This document shows positions 9,440 to 18,703 of a stretch of DNA of 64,000 nt, one piece after another. The position numbers were made by a program, and so were the translations under genes. The first letter of the stretch is position 1. The number at the start of each line of letters is the position of its first letter. Origin of the DNA: an uncultured SAR86 cluster bacterium (GTDB lineage: Bacteria > Pseudomonadota > Gammaproteobacteria > Magnimaribacterales > D2472); contig CAWUWW010000006.1 of NCBI GenBank assembly GCA_963926355.1, forward strand, positions 38,872 through 102,871, in the 5' to 3' direction. A model generated the notes under the pieces. It was not told the origin of the DNA, searched no databases, and was given only the letters and a program-made list of their open reading frames with translations.

Positions 9440-11086
9440 TTATGTTGTTGGCTTTATTGATCCATCTTTAATATTACCATCAAATTTTTTGAGGAAATTT
9501 TGAATTGAAGCATCTTGAGCAATAGTTTTTTCAGCATTTATTTGTTTGCTGGCCTCTTCTTTATCTTTCATATCTAGCGGGGAGTTATTAGCCTGACCAT
9601 GATCAATTCTAATTGACAAGCTATCACCCAGCCTAGACATGCATGCAGATGTAAATTCAGAAAAAATATTATTAGGTATTTTATTTTCTTCATCTCCACC
9701 AGTTAAAATAAGTATGTCATTTTCATATCTATCAAATGAAAGATACCCGAAATAACTTCTAGCAAAAACACTTATATCTAAAGAATCAAAGAAGGTAATC
9801 CAGTGGTCTGATGAGTTGATAGTATTGCTATGGAATGCGGGAGATGTTTCTACCCCTATCTCCTTTAAGACTTTATGCTCTGAAGGCTCTTTTATTATTT
9901 CTTCTACTTTCTCTATCAAGGGAGACACTTCTTTTGTATTTTCTAGAGGCTTATTAGTTTTTAAGTTTTTTTTTTCTGCAGCCTCAATTCTAGGCGAGCT
10001 TTGATCAATTTTATGCAAAGGGTTAAAGGCAAGCATTCTTAGGAGGCATATTTCAAGTGACTCTTTTGCACTTGGGTGTACATGAAATTTAGAATATGCA
10101 TTAACTGCGATTTCATACAAGAGCTGACAAAACTCTTCATCAACCTTAATGGCCAAGTCTTTAATTGCAGAATCTTTAGAGTTATGCAGAACCTGTTCTA
10201 AGGAAGTCTTATGAAGTATGGATATAATGCTTTTTAAAATTGCTTCATACTCAGGGGATAGCTCTTCAATTTTATACAAGTCATTAAAAGCTCTTTCCCC
10301 ATCCCCATTAACTACCGAATTTATTAAAGAGATTAGTAAAGAATCATCTATGGTTCCTAATAATTTTTTAACATCTTCTGACTTCAGCTCTCCATTACCA
10401 TGCGCTATTGCTTGATCCAGAAGTGTTAAAGCATCTCTAACAGAACCTTTTGCTGAATTACATACAAGCTCGATACTTTCGTCATCATAGGGTATAGATT
10501 CTAAATCAATAATTTTTTTTAAATGCCCGGAAAGTAAAGAGCCGCCAACAGTTTTTAAATTAAGCTGAAGGCATCTCGACTGGACTGTCTTCGGTATTTT
10601 ATCAGGGTTTGTTGTGGCAAAAATAAAGATGATATGTGCAGGTGGCTCTTCTAAGGTTTTTAATAAAGCATTGAAGCTACTAGTGGAAAGCATATGAACT
10701 TCATCTATTAGATATATCTTATATCTACCTTGGGAGGGTTTATATTGAACAGTTTCAAGTAAGTCTCTCATATCATCTACACCTGTTTTTGATGCAGCAT
10801 CAACTTCCAGAAAATCTAAATGTCTTCCTATTCTAATTTCCTCGCAATTAGAACAGTTATCACAGGGAGTTGATGTTGGAGTTTCTTGAGATTGGCAGTT
10901 CAAGCACTTAGCTAAAATTCTAGCCAATGTTGTCTTTCCAACACCTCTTGTACCAGCAAAGATATAAGCCTGATGAATCCTATCTTGTGAAATACCATTA
11001 GAAATAGCTTGAACAATATGCTCTTGCCCAACAACTTCATTAAAATTTGTTGGTCGGTATTTTCTAGCTAAAACCTCATAGGACAT
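9440..11086 (-). CDS. dnaX: DNA polymerase III subunit tau/gamma
   Basis: YRPTNFNEVVGQEH, Walker A GTRGVGKTT, zinc module CDNCSNCEEI, DEVHMLS, SRC motif TVQSRC. 548 aa. The internal A10 run is described in findings. Confidence 0.95.
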   Translation of the reverse strand: MSYEVLARKYRPTNFNEVVGQEHIVQAISNGISQDRIHQAYIFAGTRGVGKTTLARILAKCLNCQSQETPTSTPCDNCSNCEEIRIGRHLDFLEVDAASKTGVDDMRDLLETVQYKPSQGRYKIYLIDEVHMLSTSSFNALLKTLEEPPAHIIFIFATTNPDKIPKTVQSRCLQLNLKTVGGSLLSGHLKKIIDLESIPYDDESIELVCNSAKGSVRDALTLLDQAIAHGNGELKSEDVKKLLGTIDDSLLISLINSVVNGDGERAFNDLYKIEELSPEYEAILKSIISILHKTSLEQVLHNSKDSAIKDLAIKVDEEFCQLLYEIAVNAYSKFHVHPSAKESLEICLLRMLAFNPLHKIDQSSPRIEAAEKKNLKTNKPLENTKEVSPLIEKVEEIIKEPSEHKVLKEIGVETSPAFHSNTINSSDHWITFFDSLDISVFARSYFGYLSFDRYENDILILTGGDEENKIPNNIFSEFTSACMSRLGDSLSIRIDHGQANNSPLDMKDKEEASKQINAEKTIAQDASIQNFLKKFDGNIKDGSIKPTT

Positions 11087-11107
11087 AGCGATAAATCATA
11101 ACATGCT

Positions 11108-11548
11108 CTAACTAAAAATAGAGTCAATTTCTTTAAAACTAAAGCCTCTATTTTGTAGAAAACTCTTTTGCTTTGCCTTGCCTTTAAAGTCACCGGAAAT
11201 ACCATCTTTAAATTTTTTATTAAAGACATTTTTAACTGCTTCGGTCCAGCCCCCCTCCTCATCAATAGCAATAGATGATAGGGATTCGCTAACCCCTCTA
11301 AAGTTAAGCTCATAAGCAATACGCTTTGGTCCAAAACCTTTTCTTTTACGTGCTCTAGTATACATTTCTGCATATCTAGAATCATTTATAAGCGAGGTTT
11401 GCTTAAGTTTTTTAACAGCACTTTCAACAACATCCCTTTCATCAAATTTGATTAAAAGTTTATCTCTAACTTCTTTTTCTGAGTGCTCTCTTCTTGAAAT
11501 AATATCAAGAGCTTTGTTGTAGATGGTAGGAAAAATTTCTTCGTTCAT
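11108..11548 (-). CDS. recX: regulatory protein RecX
   Basis: ALDIISRREHSEKEVRDKL, three-repeat helical pattern, YTRARKRKGFGPKRIAYEL. The track ORF starts at a GTG inside the upstream MFS gene; the ATG at 11548 lies 2 nt after the MFS stop. Confidence 0.75.
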   Translation of the reverse strand: MNEEIFPTIYNKALDIISRREHSEKEVRDKLLIKFDERDVVESAVKKLKQTSLINDSRYAEMYTRARKRKGFGPKRIAYELNFRGVSESLSSIAIDEEGGWTEAVKNVFNKKFKDGISGDFKGKAKQKSFLQNRGFSFKEIDSIFS

Positions 11549-11549
11549 T

Positions 11550-12824
11550 TTAATCAAATTGTTTGTCAGCACTCGCAAATAAAAGGTAGTAAATTCCGCC
11601 AAAAACAAGAAATCCACTGCATATATTAAATATTAGCGTCCAAGAGTTCGTAGCTTGAAGAATTATACCTGCAATGATCGGACTTAACAGTGCTGCAACC
11701 ATACCAAGACTCCCTGAAATTCCAAACAAAGAACCGGTATATTTTGGACCAAGGTCTGCATGGTTAACTCCATACCCCCCTGCTCCAAGTCCTGAACATA
11801 AATTAGTTAGGCATAGCAAAGTGATCACCAGCAAGATTGAGTCTTGAAAGGGAAGAAGAAATAAAAATAGTGCAGCTCCAAAAAAACCCAAACTATTAAA
11901 AAACTTTCTAACTTTAATAGTTTTATAGCCTTTTTTAATAAGCATATCTGCAGAAATACCACCTAAAATAAGAGCAAATACAGAAACAATACTTGGTACT
12001 AGTATTAGTAAAATAAATAGCTTGGATCCAAGCTCCAATCCTAAACCGCCCATTTCTCTTGAAGAGCTCATAAATTTTGGCAGGTATGAAAGGAAGGTGA
12101 ATAAGGCCCAGTTATTACAAAAAGTTGCAACAACGATAGCAGTAAAAGGCCCGTTTTTAATAACCTCTAAAAAAGGGATTGAAGGTGCTGAAGAATCTGT
12201 GGGAGCCTCAGCTTTAATATAATAAAGTTCTTCATTGGATATACTTTTATGATCTTCTGGGTATGAGGTAACCACTTTTTGCCAGAAGAAAAATAACAAT
12301 ATTCCAAGAGCCCCAAAGGAATAAAAAACCCATTCCCAGGAATATCCTTCAATAATCATAGCTGTTACAACAAGGCCGAAAACTGAGCCAAATGAGATTC
12401 CGCTATTTGTAATAGCTATCGCTCTAGTTCTTTCCTGAAAAGGAATCCATCTAGCATATATTGAGTGCCATGCTGGAAAAGTAACACCCTCTCCAAGTCC
12501 CATTAAAATTCTTATTAAAATTAAGAAGAAAAACCCACTATACGCAAAAGCTGGAGTAATTAATGTAAAGAGTGACCAGAAAAGTAGACCATATGCGAGA
12601 ACAATCTTCCCCCCATACTTATCAGCTAGAAACCCACTAAAAGTCATAGATATGATATAGCCAAAGTAAAAAGAGGCAAGAATAATACCCACCTGGGACT
12701 CACTCCATCCAAACTGGGCTTGCATGGGAATGATTGCAACAGAGATATTTACACGATCTATAAAACAAATAAATACAGCTAGAAAAGACATAAAAACTAT
12801 CCTAAATCTAACTGGAAAAATCAT
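11550..12824 (-). CDS. MFS transporter (anion:cation symporter-like)
   Basis: 424 aa with about 12 TM segments. DRVNISVAI near TM1 and a GFLADKYGGK loop (MFS D-R/K-x-G-R/K-like motif). Substrate unknown. Confidence 0.7.
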   Translation of the reverse strand: MIFPVRFRIVFMSFLAVFICFIDRVNISVAIIPMQAQFGWSESQVGIILASFYFGYIISMTFSGFLADKYGGKIVLAYGLLFWSLFTLITPAFAYSGFFFLILIRILMGLGEGVTFPAWHSIYARWIPFQERTRAIAITNSGISFGSVFGLVVTAMIIEGYSWEWVFYSFGALGILLFFFWQKVVTSYPEDHKSISNEELYYIKAEAPTDSSAPSIPFLEVIKNGPFTAIVVATFCNNWALFTFLSYLPKFMSSSREMGGLGLELGSKLFILLILVPSIVSVFALILGGISADMLIKKGYKTIKVRKFFNSLGFFGAALFLFLLPFQDSILLVITLLCLTNLCSGLGAGGYGVNHADLGPKYTGSLFGISGSLGMVAALLSPIIAGIILQATNSWTLIFNICSGFLVFGGIYYLLFASADKQFD

Positions 12825-12870
12825 GCACTAAAGATTAAAAAAATAATATTCATATCTTATATGATAAAAG

Positions 12871-14154
12871 CTATTTCTGCTTTTTAAGCCTTTGCTCAAG
12901 AGCATCTAAATTTAAATTACCCGGAGATCCTTCAGAATAATTTTTGACTTCAGAGCTTTTAAACAAAGAAATATCGGAAGCATTTTTTACAGTATTATAT
13001 GCATCTCTAAAAGGCATGCCATTGGCAACAAGCGCATAAACCTTATCTGTCATTCTCATCTCCTCATCAATAAAACTAGAAGAGTTATCTTTATTAATCT
13101 TTATAGACTTAATAAGATCAGGGACAATATTTAAACTTTTTAGGCATATTTCAAAACTTGATACCAGGCTTCTTTTGGTAAGCTGTAAATCTCTATGATA
13201 GCCGCTTGGAAGAGAAAGAAGGTTCTCTAGTTCAGATGCTTGGCCTGCAAGAATAGAATAATTAGCTCTTAAAATTTCAACCACATCTGGATTATGTTTA
13301 TTTGGCATAATTGATGAGCCTGTTAGATATTTACTATCAATATTTAATAAATTAAATTCTTGAGATAAAAATAAGCTCATGTCCCATGAAAATTTTCTTA
13401 TATCAAGCATTGGTTGCTTAAGTGTACTTAAGATTTGCATTTCATATTTTCCTCTACTGTTCTGAACATAAAGGCTATTTAATTGAACTCTTTTAAATCC
13501 TAAATCCTTAGTTACTTGCTTTCTATTAAGTGGCAAGCCAACTCCATAGCCAGCTGCTCCACCCAATGGGTTTGAATCAATCCAATTAATAGTACTATTA
13601 ATTAAATCTCCATTATCAATAAATGACTCTGCATATGAAGAGAACCAAAGACCCCAAGAAGAAGGCATTGCTCTTTGAAGATGGGTATAGCCAGGCATTG
13701 GAATATTTTCATATTTTTTAGCCAAAGATAAAAAAGTTCTGGCAATTTTTTTGTTAATTTTCTTAACCTCGAGAAGGCTGGCTTTTGCAAAAAGCCTCAT
13801 AGCAACTATTACCTGATCATTTCTGCTTCTTCCTGTATGAACTTTTTTTCCAAGATCACCTAACTCTTTAGTTAAAAAGAATTCTATAGCAGAATGGCAA
13901 TCCTCATATTTATTTGTTAATTTGAAAGACCCTTTAATAAACCTTTCCTTTAAATCTTTTAAAGATTTTTCTAATTTATTCAGCTCAACTTTCTTAAGAA
14001 CACCTATAGAATGTAAAGATTTTATATGTGCAGAAGTTGCATCAATATCATAAATAAATATAGCTCTATCAAGCTCTATATCCTCTCCAGCTAAGAATAA
14101 ATTTATCTCATCTGATGAATTGCCTCCATCTGTATTCCATAGTTTTTTAGTCAT
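12871..14154 (-). CDS. argH: argininosuccinate lyase
   Basis: HTGRSRNDQV, YTHLQRAMP and the fumarate-lyase signature GSSIMPNKHNPD. 427 aa, somewhat short for ArgH. Confidence 0.9.
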   Translation of the reverse strand: MTKKLWNTDGGNSSDEINLFLAGEDIELDRAIFIYDIDATSAHIKSLHSIGVLKKVELNKLEKSLKDLKERFIKGSFKLTNKYEDCHSAIEFFLTKELGDLGKKVHTGRSRNDQVIVAMRLFAKASLLEVKKINKKIARTFLSLAKKYENIPMPGYTHLQRAMPSSWGLWFSSYAESFIDNGDLINSTINWIDSNPLGGAAGYGVGLPLNRKQVTKDLGFKRVQLNSLYVQNSRGKYEMQILSTLKQPMLDIRKFSWDMSLFLSQEFNLLNIDSKYLTGSSIMPNKHNPDVVEILRANYSILAGQASELENLLSLPSGYHRDLQLTKRSLVSSFEICLKSLNIVPDLIKSIKINKDNSSSFIDEEMRMTDKVYALVANGMPFRDAYNTVKNASDISLFKSSEVKNYSEGSPGNLNLDALEQRLKKQK

Positions 14155-15085
14155 TTTTTATCCCTGTTAGCTCGTCTAAGTCACATGAAGAGTTTAAGTT
14201 TTGTATTGCCTGTGTAGCAGCGCCTTTTAATAGATTGTCTATAACACAACAAATAGTTACATCAGATCCATTTTTATTAAGTGAAAGGCCTCCAATAATC
14301 GCAGAGTGGGTATTAATTACCTTATTTATCATTGGTATGTCCTCTTGAACCTTTATTAGAGAATTACCCTCATAAAAATCATTGAACATTCCAAAGATCT
14401 CTAATTTATTTGAGTCTTTTTTAAGTTTAATGTGTGATGTTATTAGTATCCCTCTAAAAAAATTGCCAACATGAGGGCTGAACATTAAATCCTCATGACA
14501 ATGCCTTTGAACTTCATGCTCATGAATATGATTAGATAGAGAATAAGGGATAATATTATCTTTAAGGTTATCAGGATTATTTTTATCATTTGGAGAAGCC
14601 CCGGCTCCGCTATACCCCGATATACCCATGCAACTTACAGACCCCTCAATAAGATGTTTTATAGGAGTAATAGAAAGTTGGATGGCCGTGGCATAGCAGC
14701 CTGGGTTACTTATTCGATTAGTTGCTTTTTCTTTTGTAATTTCAGGCAACCTATATTGCCAATCTGCATCAAACCTAAAATCTGAACTTAAATCAATTAC
14801 TGTTATATCTGAGTAATTTTTATTAATAATATCAAGGTACTTAAAAGAATCATTATTTGGAAGGGCCATTATTACAATATCTATCTCATCAAGATCTATG
14901 TCTGAACTTTCTAATAAGGAGTAGGTTAAATTTAATTTTTTATATTCACTTACAGGATCTCCAGCTGAAGATTTTGAATAAATTTTTAATAGGTCAAAGT
15001 AAGGATGTTCATTGAGAATATGGATTATTTCTTGACCGACATAACCCCTGCCACCAATCATTGCAATATTAAATTTAGCTTTCAT
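14147..15085 (-). CDS. argC: N-acetyl-gamma-glutamyl-phosphate reductase
   Basis: NAD-binding IAMIGGRGYVGQE and active-site Cys context ISNPGCYAT. Start chosen at the second ATG (15085); the alternative is 15115. Confidence 0.85.
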   Translation of the reverse strand: MKAKFNIAMIGGRGYVGQEIIHILNEHPYFDLLKIYSKSSAGDPVSEYKKLNLTYSLLESSDIDLDEIDIVIMALPNNDSFKYLDIINKNYSDITVIDLSSDFRFDADWQYRLPEITKEKATNRISNPGCYATAIQLSITPIKHLIEGSVSCMGISGYSGAGASPNDKNNPDNLKDNIIPYSLSNHIHEHEVQRHCHEDLMFSPHVGNFFRGILITSHIKLKKDSNKLEIFGMFNDFYEGNSLIKVQEDIPMINKVINTHSAIIGGLSLNKNGSDVTICCVIDNLLKGAATQAIQNLNSSCDLDELTGIKND

Positions 15086-16385
15086 ATGTAATTGTTGCCG
15101 GCTGAGTAGATGCATACTTAATGCATCCTGACAGTTCGTCTGTGTCAGTTATCCCAACCCAAAAAATATTCCAATCTTCATGCCTCTGGAATCCATCACA
15201 AACGTCTTTATAAAAATTATTTATAGAGTTTTTCGATCTTGACCTCCAGAATATTTTAGTATGATTTGATGTCATCTTGTTCCACATGGCATTCCCTAAA
15301 CCCTCCCCCCTTGCTGAGCTAATTACGGCAAATTTATCCATATAAGCTATATCATGCTGATAAGACATTACTATTGCAGCTCTATTGCAAGAGCTAATAT
15401 AGAAATCTTTGGTACCGTTTGTAAAATAGTCATTAACTAGAGACCCGCCAAAAGAATTCTCTAGTATTTTAGTAAGCTTATTAATATTATTTTCATCTAG
15501 TACTTTTGAGTGGTTAATTTTATGACCTGCTTTCACTAAAGTACCGAAACCAGCATCAGTAAATAACTCTCTGTTTAAATGCAATGGCTTGGTAATAGAA
15601 ACAGAGCTATTATTTGGCAGCGACTCTAAAAGTAGCTTAATTTGTTGAAGTTTTAATTTCATGCCTGAGTGAAGCCATTCTTTAGTCATAAGCCTCTCAT
15701 AGTCATCTTTAATATTAATTGTAGAAATTAAATTATTATTTGCATCTAATATACCGCCAAGTTCGCTTAGAAAAATTACTTTGTCAGGAGCTATTTCTCT
15801 AGCTAAAGCAAGAGTGGCTTTATCTGCATTGATATTAACCACTTGACCCTCTGGGGTTCTACCAACAGGAGCAATAACTGGAACACCATCGTTTGAAATA
15901 ATATCTTTTATCTTATCTGAGAATGTCTCAATCACTTCTCCAACATATCCCAAGGATTGATTTGTAATATTGCATTCAAAAATTTCTCCAATCAAAGAAA
16001 CAGCTTTTACGCCCTCATCTTTTAATGCATCGGTAAGTTTTAAATTTTCTCTAGTAAATATAGATACTGCTACATCTAAAACTTCTTTAGTTGTAACTCT
16101 TTGGCCATCAAGAAAAGAAAACTCAATACCCTGTTCCTCAAGTTCTTCAGAGAGCATTGGGCCAGCTCCATGAACTATAATAGGTCTTAAGCCAACTTCA
16201 TCAAGAAAAGCTAAAGAAGAAACGAGATTTTCTAAATCACTTTGAATAACTGCTCCACCGACTTTAATTACAGCAAACCTATACTCGTCTGAAGAAAATC
16301 TTTCTAAATATTTTCTTATTTCCTTCTCGCTACTCATCCCGCTTAGTAGCTTTAGTATGGTATTTTTTGTAAAACTTTTATTCAT
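15075..16385 (-). CDS. argAB: bifunctional N-acetylglutamate synthase/kinase (AAK domain fused to a C-terminal GNAT domain)
   Basis: N-terminal amino-acid-kinase domain (VIKVGGAVI, PIIVHGAGP). C-terminal region YMDKFAVISSARGEGLGNAMW...IFWRSRSKNSINNFY...WNIFWVG matches the LDKF.V.....G.G...W...LFWRSR..NPIN.WY...W..FW.G pattern I recall for Xanthomonas NAGS/K and mammalian NAGS. Confidence 0.85.
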   Translation of the reverse strand: MNKSFTKNTILKLLSGMSSEKEIRKYLERFSSDEYRFAVIKVGGAVIQSDLENLVSSLAFLDEVGLRPIIVHGAGPMLSEELEEQGIEFSFLDGQRVTTKEVLDVAVSIFTRENLKLTDALKDEGVKAVSLIGEIFECNITNQSLGYVGEVIETFSDKIKDIISNDGVPVIAPVGRTPEGQVVNINADKATLALAREIAPDKVIFLSELGGILDANNNLISTINIKDDYERLMTKEWLHSGMKLKLQQIKLLLESLPNNSSVSITKPLHLNRELFTDAGFGTLVKAGHKINHSKVLDENNINKLTKILENSFGGSLVNDYFTNGTKDFYISSCNRAAIVMSYQHDIAYMDKFAVISSARGEGLGNAMWNKMTSNHTKIFWRSRSKNSINNFYKDVCDGFQRHEDWNIFWVGITDTDELSGCIKYASTQPATITYES

Positions 16386-16389
16386 TTTA

Positions 16390-17577
16390 TTATTTATTGA
16401 TGTCAGTCCAGGTAGCAGTACTTTGACCTAAAAGCTTAATAAATCCAGTGGATTCTTCTACACCCCATGAAGCTGATTGTGCATATATAGCTTCTTTACT
16501 AACAAGAATTTTCTTAGCCTCCACTTGCACAGCCTCAGCTTTCCCACCTGATAATAAAATAGTGACTATACCGTTAACTGGTTTTTGAATATCTTCTAGG
16601 AAGTTTTCTAGGTTTCTTGTAAGGGGATCAAAATAAAAACCTCCATACACAAGCTCAACCCATTTTTTACCTACTATAGGCTTAAAGAAGTTTTGTTTAT
16701 CAGTAAAAATAGCCTCTTCAAGTGCTCTATGGGCTCTTTGAAGAATTGTTATTCCAGGAGCTTCAAATAAAAACCTACCTTTGATACCAATAATGGTGTC
16801 ACTTGCAAATATTTCTCTTCCAACTCCATACTTGCCTCCCAATGAATTTAAAGTTCTAAGAATTTCTGGACCATTTATTAACTTCCCGTTAAGTTTTTTT
16901 GCCTCACCTTTCTTAAATTCAATAGTGATTTTTTTAGTAGTCTGAGGGTACTTATCTGGGGTACTGCAAAGAATGTAGCTCTCAGAAGAAGGTTCTTTCC
17001 ATTCATCAATTTCTGATCCGGAAACTGTAGCTCCCATTAGGTTTTCGTTAACACTATACGTGGAGTGTAAAGAAGAAACTTTAAAGCCTCTATCTTGAAG
17101 ATACTCTTTTTCATAACCTCTAACATCAGACACTTTATTTTGAATTTCTCTAATTGGAGTAATTGTTTTGTAATTGCCAAAAGCTTGAATAGATAAGTCA
17201 AATCTTACTTGATCATTACCCATACCAGTGCAGCCATGAGAAATATATTTTGTATTAAGCTTTTTACATAATTTTATTGCCTCTTTAACAATTAAATATC
17301 TGTCAGAGCACAGAGCTGGGTACTTGTCTTGATATAAAGAACCTGACCAAACCAATGGTTTGATAATTTCTTTCCATAATGATGAGTCTATATTTACATT
17401 AATATGCTTTTTTGCACCTAGCTCATTTGCTCTTTTAGTAATTTTATCCTCTTCTTTCTTGGAAGTACCGCCTGTATTTACAAATATTGTATGAACTTCG
17501 AAGCCCTGTTCTATAAGATAAGGTACACAAAAACTTGTGTCCAAACCTCCAGAAAATGCTAAAACAATTTTTTTCAT
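16390..17577 (-). CDS. argG: argininosuccinate synthase
   Basis: MKKIVLAFSGGLDTS N-terminus (ATP PPi loop), HGCTGMGNDQVRF and GATVSGSE motifs. 395 aa. Confidence 0.95.
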   Translation of the reverse strand: MKKIVLAFSGGLDTSFCVPYLIEQGFEVHTIFVNTGGTSKKEEDKITKRANELGAKKHINVNIDSSLWKEIIKPLVWSGSLYQDKYPALCSDRYLIVKEAIKLCKKLNTKYISHGCTGMGNDQVRFDLSIQAFGNYKTITPIREIQNKVSDVRGYEKEYLQDRGFKVSSLHSTYSVNENLMGATVSGSEIDEWKEPSSESYILCSTPDKYPQTTKKITIEFKKGEAKKLNGKLINGPEILRTLNSLGGKYGVGREIFASDTIIGIKGRFLFEAPGITILQRAHRALEEAIFTDKQNFFKPIVGKKWVELVYGGFYFDPLTRNLENFLEDIQKPVNGIVTILLSGGKAEAVQVEAKKILVSKEAIYAQSASWGVEESTGFIKLLGQSTATWTDINK

Positions 17578-17578
17578 T

Positions 17579-18580
17579 TTATTTATCCTTTAATAATGTT
17601 GTTAATAATGATTTTTGAACATGCATTCTATTCCCAGCCTCTTGAACAGCCACGCAATAATCAGCATCCATGACGGCATCAGTAGCTTTTATATTCCTTC
17701 TTAATGGGAGGCAGTGACTGAATATTGCATTATCAGTCATAGACATTTTATTTTCATCAACTATAAAGTGCTTGTATTGATCTCTAATAATTTTTTCTGG
17801 TTCTGGATTTCCATAATAATTAAGTGATCCCCAGCTTTTTGCATAAACAACATCAGCATTTGAGTACCCCTCTTCAATATTATGCGTTACTGTAAAAGAA
17901 GTTCCATTTGCCTTACAGTTAGATTTAGCTTGGGATGTATAGTTATTATGAAGAATATAGTCATCTGATGGGCACAATAACCTTACATTCATTCCAAATT
18001 TACTTGCTATCATCAAAGAAGAGTTTGCTACTGCGGTGTTCAAGGGTTTTGGATGATAGGTCCATGTAAGTAAGTAATCTTTTCCAGAGAGGTCTCCCAG
18101 CTGTTCTTGAAGCGTTAATATATGAGCTAGCTCTTGGCATGGATGAGTGATGGTCTCCATGTTTACCACAGGTACGGAAGCATATTTAGAGAAGCTATTA
18201 ATTATATTGTCAGATAAATCCTCATCGAGATTAATAAACTTAGGAAATGCTCTAATAGCAATAAGATCGCAGTACTCTGATAAAACTCCGGCAACCTCAA
18301 TAATGTGCTCTTCTGATTCAGAATCCATTATAGAATTTAATTTAAACTCTATAGGCCAGGCATCTTTTCCAGGATGAAGAACTACTGCATAACCACCTAA
18401 TTCTTGCACACCAATTTCAAAACTAGTTCTAGTTCTCATAGATGGATTGAAAAATAATAACGCCACAGATTTATTCTTAAGCGTTTCCTGAAATTTATTT
18501 ATTTTAAGATCTTTAGCATAATCCAAGATATCTTGTAATTCGTCCTTAGACCAGTCTGATGTAGAGATAAAATTTTTCAT
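17579..18580 (-). CDS. argF: N-acetylornithine carbamoyltransferase (AOTCase, argF')
   Basis: FFNPSMRTRTSFE (SMRTR rather than the OTCase STRTR), GKDAWPIEF, METITHPCQELAH, LTWTYHPKPLNTAVANS and FSHCLPLRRNIKATDAVMD are near-identical to the X. campestris AOTCase sequence as I recall it. The track start at 18613 is a TTG lying inside a terminator hairpin, so I use the ATG at 18580. Confidence 0.88.
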   Translation of the reverse strand: MKNFISTSDWSKDELQDILDYAKDLKINKFQETLKNKSVALLFFNPSMRTRTSFEIGVQELGGYAVVLHPGKDAWPIEFKLNSIMDSESEEHIIEVAGVLSEYCDLIAIRAFPKFINLDEDLSDNIINSFSKYASVPVVNMETITHPCQELAHILTLQEQLGDLSGKDYLLTWTYHPKPLNTAVANSSLMIASKFGMNVRLLCPSDDYILHNNYTSQAKSNCKANGTSFTVTHNIEEGYSNADVVYAKSWGSLNYYGNPEPEKIIRDQYKHFIVDENKMSMTDNAIFSHCLPLRRNIKATDAVMDADYCVAVQEAGNRMHVQKSLLTTLLKDK

Positions 18581-18596
18581 AATTAGTATTTTAAGT

Positions 18597-18623
18597 AAAA
18601 AAAAACCCAGCAAATGGCTGGGT
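18597..18623 (-). terminator. rho-independent terminator/attenuator hairpin 16 nt upstream of the argF' ATG
   Basis: The minus strand reads ACCCAGC-CAUUU-GCUGGGU followed by U8-9. It is a 7-bp GC-rich stem with a 5-nt loop. Confidence 0.75.
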
Positions 18624-18648
18624 CTAATTTACAAATAGATAGATCCAG

Positions 18649-18693
18649 CTATATTGGCAGTACCCGTCTTACTTGTATTTTAAAGTTGTTCAT
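18649..18693 (-). promoter_or_regulatory. candidate arg-operon leader peptide ORF (MNNFKIQVRRVLPI*)
   Basis: ATG at 18693, tandem Arg codons AGA CGG at 18669-18664, and a UAG stop overlapping the 5' arm of an antiterminator that competes with the terminator at 18597-18623. No clear SD. Confidence 0.4.
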
Positions 18694-18703
18694 TTCAGAA
18701 ATT

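Noticed and set aside
11068-11385. 105-aa same-strand ORF overlapping recX in another frame and running into dnaX.
   Set aside because: It competes with the RecX frame, which has clear family motifs. It has no motifs of its own.
18581-18613. N-terminal extension of argF' in the ORF track (MLGFFLLKILI...). Analogous TTG/GTG extensions occur at 5920-5949, 11549-11617, 19745-19801, 19954-19968, 24769-24858, 56790-56795 and 59619-59633.
   Set aside because: The extensions start at non-ATG codons, overlap upstream genes or a terminator hairpin, and precede an ATG that gives a homologue-like N-terminus or a proper signal peptide.
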